Sequence record: SRR20825006_1774 | Direction: 5' to 3' (one strand) | Length of the DNA: 43,095 nucleotides | Part shown: piece by piece, positions 40,091 to 43,095 of the stretch | How the letters are laid out: every line of letters begins with the position of its first letter | Position numbering within the stretch: position 1 is the first letter of the stretch | The notes under the pieces: model-generated | Seen by the model: only the letters and a program-made list of their open reading frames with translations | Database searches by the model: none | Told to the model about the DNA's origin: nothing | Translations under genes and position numbers: made by a program

Positions 40091-41479
40091 ATGGTAAGAT
40101 TTTTACTAAGCCTCACTTTTATTTCTTCAATTGTATCGTGCTCAGATGCCCCTGAGAACAATTCCACTGTGTTTTTTGGTGGTGAAATTGTAAACCCTAC
40201 AAGTGATTATGTGGTTCTTTACCACAAAGATAACTTTGTGGATTCGGTAAAGCTCGATGAAAAAAACCACTTTTCTTTTCAGCTAGACACCTTAGAAGAT
40301 GGCTTGTATCACTTTGACCACACACCTGAACTTCAATATGTGTATTTGAGCAAGGGAGACAGTCTTGTTGCACGTCTTAATACGGTAGAGTTTGATGAAT
40401 CACTTGTGTTTTCTGGAAAAGGAAGCGAAATCAACAACTTTCTGATTGAAATTTTTTTACAAAATGAAAGTGACGAGGAACTGATAAAAGATTATTATAG
40501 TTTAGACCCTGAGGCTTTCAGCCAAAAAATCGACTCCCTACACAAGGACAAATTGGACTTGTTGAACGAATTGAGTTCCGACGACCAATTGCCCCCAAAA
40601 GCTTTGGCCATGGGCAAGGCTTCTGTGTATTACAATACGTTTATCACAAAGGAAAAGTACCCCTTCTATCATAAAAAGAAAACAGGGGAAGAGACCATAC
40701 ACGATCTCAGCAACGAATTTTACAGTTATCGGAAAGAGATAGATTTCAACAATAAGGATTTAACCTATTTAAAACCTTATTTTGATTTCATGAAATGGTA
40801 TATAGGCAACGTTTCGTACATGACCTGCCTGGATGACTGTTCCAGCAACAAAAAACCCGTAAGCGACCGTTTGCACTTTAACCAACACAAGCTTGCCATT
40901 GTAGATAGTATTGTTGTTGAAAAGGAATTGAGAAACAATCTTTTCCGGAATATTGCCGTAGACTACTTAAAGTGGGAACATAATCCTGATACGGAATCCG
41001 TAGCTTTTATAGATAAGTTTAAGACGCTATCCACAAATGAGGAGCATGAGCAAGAGATTGAGCTTTTATACAAGGGAATACAAAATCTTCAACCCAACAA
41101 TACCATCCCGGATATTGCAGTTTTAAATTTCAATGATGAGAAAATATCATTAAAGGATTTAGTCGGTAAAAAAGAAAATACCGTTTTCTATTTCTGGACG
41201 GCAGGACAAAAAGGACACTTTAGAAATATAAGCAAGCATATTGCTGAGTTAGAAGGAAAATATCCGAATCATAACTTTTTGGGCATCAATCTAAGAACCA
41301 GTCACTCGCAGTGGAAACAACTCATGAGCGAGAACAATTTGGATAAGGAAAAGCAATTCTACGGAGAAAATTTTAAGGAGCTACAAATGGCCATGATCAT
41401 TGATGGTCTTAACAAATGTGTCATTACTAAAGATTCCGTTGTGGTAGATGGCTTTGCCAATCTTTACACTTCCCTATAA
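40091..41479 (+). CDS. Lipoprotein with degenerate C-terminal TlpA/thioredoxin-like domain
   Basis: Lipobox SIVSC. The C-terminal ISLKDL..TVFYFW..FLGIN resembles the TlpA fold but lacks CxxC. Confidence 0.7.
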   Translation: MVRFLLSLTFISSIVSCSDAPENNSTVFFGGEIVNPTSDYVVLYHKDNFVDSVKLDEKNHFSFQLDTLEDGLYHFDHTPELQYVYLSKGDSLVARLNTVEFDESLVFSGKGSEINNFLIEIFLQNESDEELIKDYYSLDPEAFSQKIDSLHKDKLDLLNELSSDDQLPPKALAMGKASVYYNTFITKEKYPFYHKKKTGEETIHDLSNEFYSYRKEIDFNNKDLTYLKPYFDFMKWYIGNVSYMTCLDDCSSNKKPVSDRLHFNQHKLAIVDSIVVEKELRNNLFRNIAVDYLKWEHNPDTESVAFIDKFKTLSTNEEHEQEIELLYKGIQNLQPNNTIPDIAVLNFNDEKISLKDLVGKKENTVFYFWTAGQKGHFRNISKHIAELEGKYPNHNFLGINLRTSHSQWKQLMSENNLDKEKQFYGENFKELQMAMIIDGLNKCVITKDSVVVDGFANLYTSL

Positions 41480-41481
41480 AT

Positions 41482-41517
41482 AAAAAAAGCCCCGAATCTA
41501 TAATCCAGGGCCTTTTT
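41482..41517 (-). terminator. Intrinsic terminator after transaldolase (possibly bidirectional)
   Basis: Minus strand GGCCCTGGAT tatag ATTCGGGGCT followed by a U-tract; the stem includes G-U pairs. Confidence 0.7.
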
Positions 41518-41538
41518 GGTTTTATCTAAATTCCTGTA

Positions 41539-42195
41539 TTAGGAATTTCCTTTTTTGTAATCTTCCAAAAATTTGGCCAACCCGATATCGGTCAATGGAT
41601 GTTTCAATAATCCTTCAATAGAAGATAATGGGCCTGTCATAACATCGGCACCCAATTTGGCGCAGTCAATAACATGCATGGTATGACGGATAGATGCGGC
41701 CAGAATTTCAGTTTCGAACCCATAGTTGTCATAAATCAAACGGATTTCCGCAATCAAGTTAAGACCATCGGTGGAAATATCGTCCAATCTGCCCAAGAAC
41801 GGAGAAACATAAGTTGCTCCAGCTTTGGCCGCCAATAGCGCCTGACCTGGTGAGAAGACCAAAGTACAGTTGGTACGAATGCCTTTATCTGAAAAATATT
41901 TCAATGCCTTTACACCATCCTTGATCATAGGGACTTTAACTACGATTTGCTCGTGCAGTTCGGCCAGCTCCTCGCCTTCTTTCACCATTCCATCAAAATC
42001 GGTGGCAACAACTTCAGCAGAAACATCGCCATCAACAATGTTGCAGATGTCCACGTAATGTTTTAAAATATTATCCTTTCCTGTAATACCCTCTTTCGCC
42101 ATTAGGGAAGGGTTGGTGGTCACACCATCCAACACGCCCAATTCCTGGGCTTCCTTAATTTGATCAAGATTGGCAGTATCAATAAAAAACTTCAT
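41539..42195 (-). CDS. fsa: Transaldolase / fructose-6-phosphate aldolase family (TalC type)
   Basis: [22 protein letters not shown] (Schiff-base Lys), [11 protein letters not shown] and LAASIR. Confidence 0.92.
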   Translation of the reverse strand: MKFFIDTANLDQIKEAQELGVLDGVTTNPSLMAKEGITGKDNILKHYVDICNIVDGDVSAEVVATDFDGMVKEGEELAELHEQIVVKVPMIKDGVKALKYFSDKGIRTNCTLVFSPGQALLAAKAGATYVSPFLGRLDDISTDGLNLIAEIRLIYDNYGFETEILAASIRHTMHVIDCAKLGADVMTGPLSSIEGLLKHPLTDIGLAKFLEDYKKGNS

Positions 42196-42234
42196 TTCTA
42201 AGTATTTATAATTTGTTCGCTAATACGTGTAAAA

Positions 42235-43050
42235 TTACAACTTATAATGGTTGAGGAGTAATTTTTCGTAGACTTTGTCCGGTAAAACATTCTTTAATCT
42301 AAGGGAAAACTTTTGTAAAAACGCTCCAACTGGGTTATGCACCTTAGGTTTTTTCTGGTTGATGATCCTGTGAACCGCCTCAGCCACTTGAATGGGATCT
42401 CCACCGCTATCCACATCCTCATCAATGCCTTTTAGGGTTTGACTGTACTTCTCCTCGTAAGCAGACCCCTTGATTACCGGGGAATGGTACCTGCCCGAAG
42501 CTATGTTGGTGGCGAAGTCTCCAGGGGCAACGTTGGTTATGGTCACCCCGAAATCCTTGGTCTCCATTCGGAGCGCCTCGGTAATAAGTCCCAAAGCACC
42601 TTTGGTGGCGGAATAAAAACCTCTAAAGGGCAATCCCATATAACCAGCAATGGATGTAATATTGATGATGGTTCCACCACCCTGTTTGCGCATTTGCGGC
42701 AAAACGGCTTTCATCACGTGTACGGGGCCGTGGAAGTTGGTGTCAAAAACGTGAAGAATCTCTTCGTGCGGAGTTTCTTCTATCGGCCCGGTGATGCCCA
42801 CACCTGCATTGTTGATGAGCACATCCAATCTGCTTTCCTTAGAAATAACGTGGGAAACGGCATTTTGGATGCTTTCCACATCCTTTACGTCCAATTGAAC
42901 AAGTTCGAATGCCTTAAAGTCTGGGTAATTTTTTGGATTTCGCGTAGTGCCATAAACGGTAAATCCTTTTTGGGTCAAATATGTTCCGATGGATTTACCA
43001 ATACCTGAAGAACCGCCGGTGATCAGCACAACTTTTTTATCCATGATCAT
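42235..43050 (-). CDS. SDR family oxidoreductase
   Basis: ITGGSSGIG, LINNAG, YSATK (YxxxK) and VAPG. Start at 43050 or 43044. Confidence 0.92.
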   Translation of the reverse strand: MIMDKKVVLITGGSSGIGKSIGTYLTQKGFTVYGTTRNPKNYPDFKAFELVQLDVKDVESIQNAVSHVISKESRLDVLINNAGVGITGPIEETPHEEILHVFDTNFHGPVHVMKAVLPQMRKQGGGTIINITSIAGYMGLPFRGFYSATKGALGLITEALRMETKDFGVTITNVAPGDFATNIASGRYHSPVIKGSAYEEKYSQTLKGIDEDVDSGGDPIQVAEAVHRIINQKKPKVHNPVGAFLQKFSLRLKNVLPDKVYEKLLLNHYKL

Positions 43051-43072
43051 CTGATTTTTGGGTACAAAAAAA

Positions 43073-43095
43073 GGCAAGCTACCTACATCGCACCG
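43073..43095 (-). ncRNA. ffs: 3' end of SRP RNA (4.5S), truncated by the window edge
   Basis: Minus strand CGGTGCGATGTAGGTAGCTTGCC followed by a U-tract matches my recollection of the 3' arm of flavobacterial SRP RNA. The conserved loop would lie beyond the window. Confidence 0.65.

Noticed and set aside
42439-43008. 189-aa plus-strand ORF
   Set aside because: Antisense shadow of the SDR gene.

Overview
Chromosomal window from a Flavobacteriaceae-type bacterium (Bacteroidota). The taxon is inferred from TAnnTTTG promoters and gene content; it looks Muricauda/Flagellimonas-like. Left to right: an IS5-like transposase remnant and a large AT-rich secreted protein; a molybdenum-cofactor cluster (iscS-like desulfurase, xdhC, mocA, moaD, moeB, moaE, moaCB, moaA, moeA, TauE) with a convergent HTH-only ModE and a ModE box at the operon start; a divergent arsenic operon (arsR, DUF6428, LMW-phosphatase-type reductase, acr3) with two operator copies; envelope lipoproteins, csaA and a K+/H+ antiporter; a PD40 protein and an orphan LuxR regulator; then mostly housekeeping genes (dnaK, sdaA, panB, RluA family, leuA, leuB, pheT, ABC-F, transaldolase, SDR) and the 3' end of the SRP RNA. 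Two signals stand out. (1) A structured, terminator-ended RNA at 21559-21743 carries a 15+7 nt complement to the start-codon region of the neighbouring orphan response regulator, whose phospho-acceptor Asp is replaced by Glu. (2) A four-helix-bundle (IVS/bAvd-like) gene is flanked by oppositely oriented 8-bp repeat arrays. All assignments come from reading motifs by eye; no database searches or folding programs were run.
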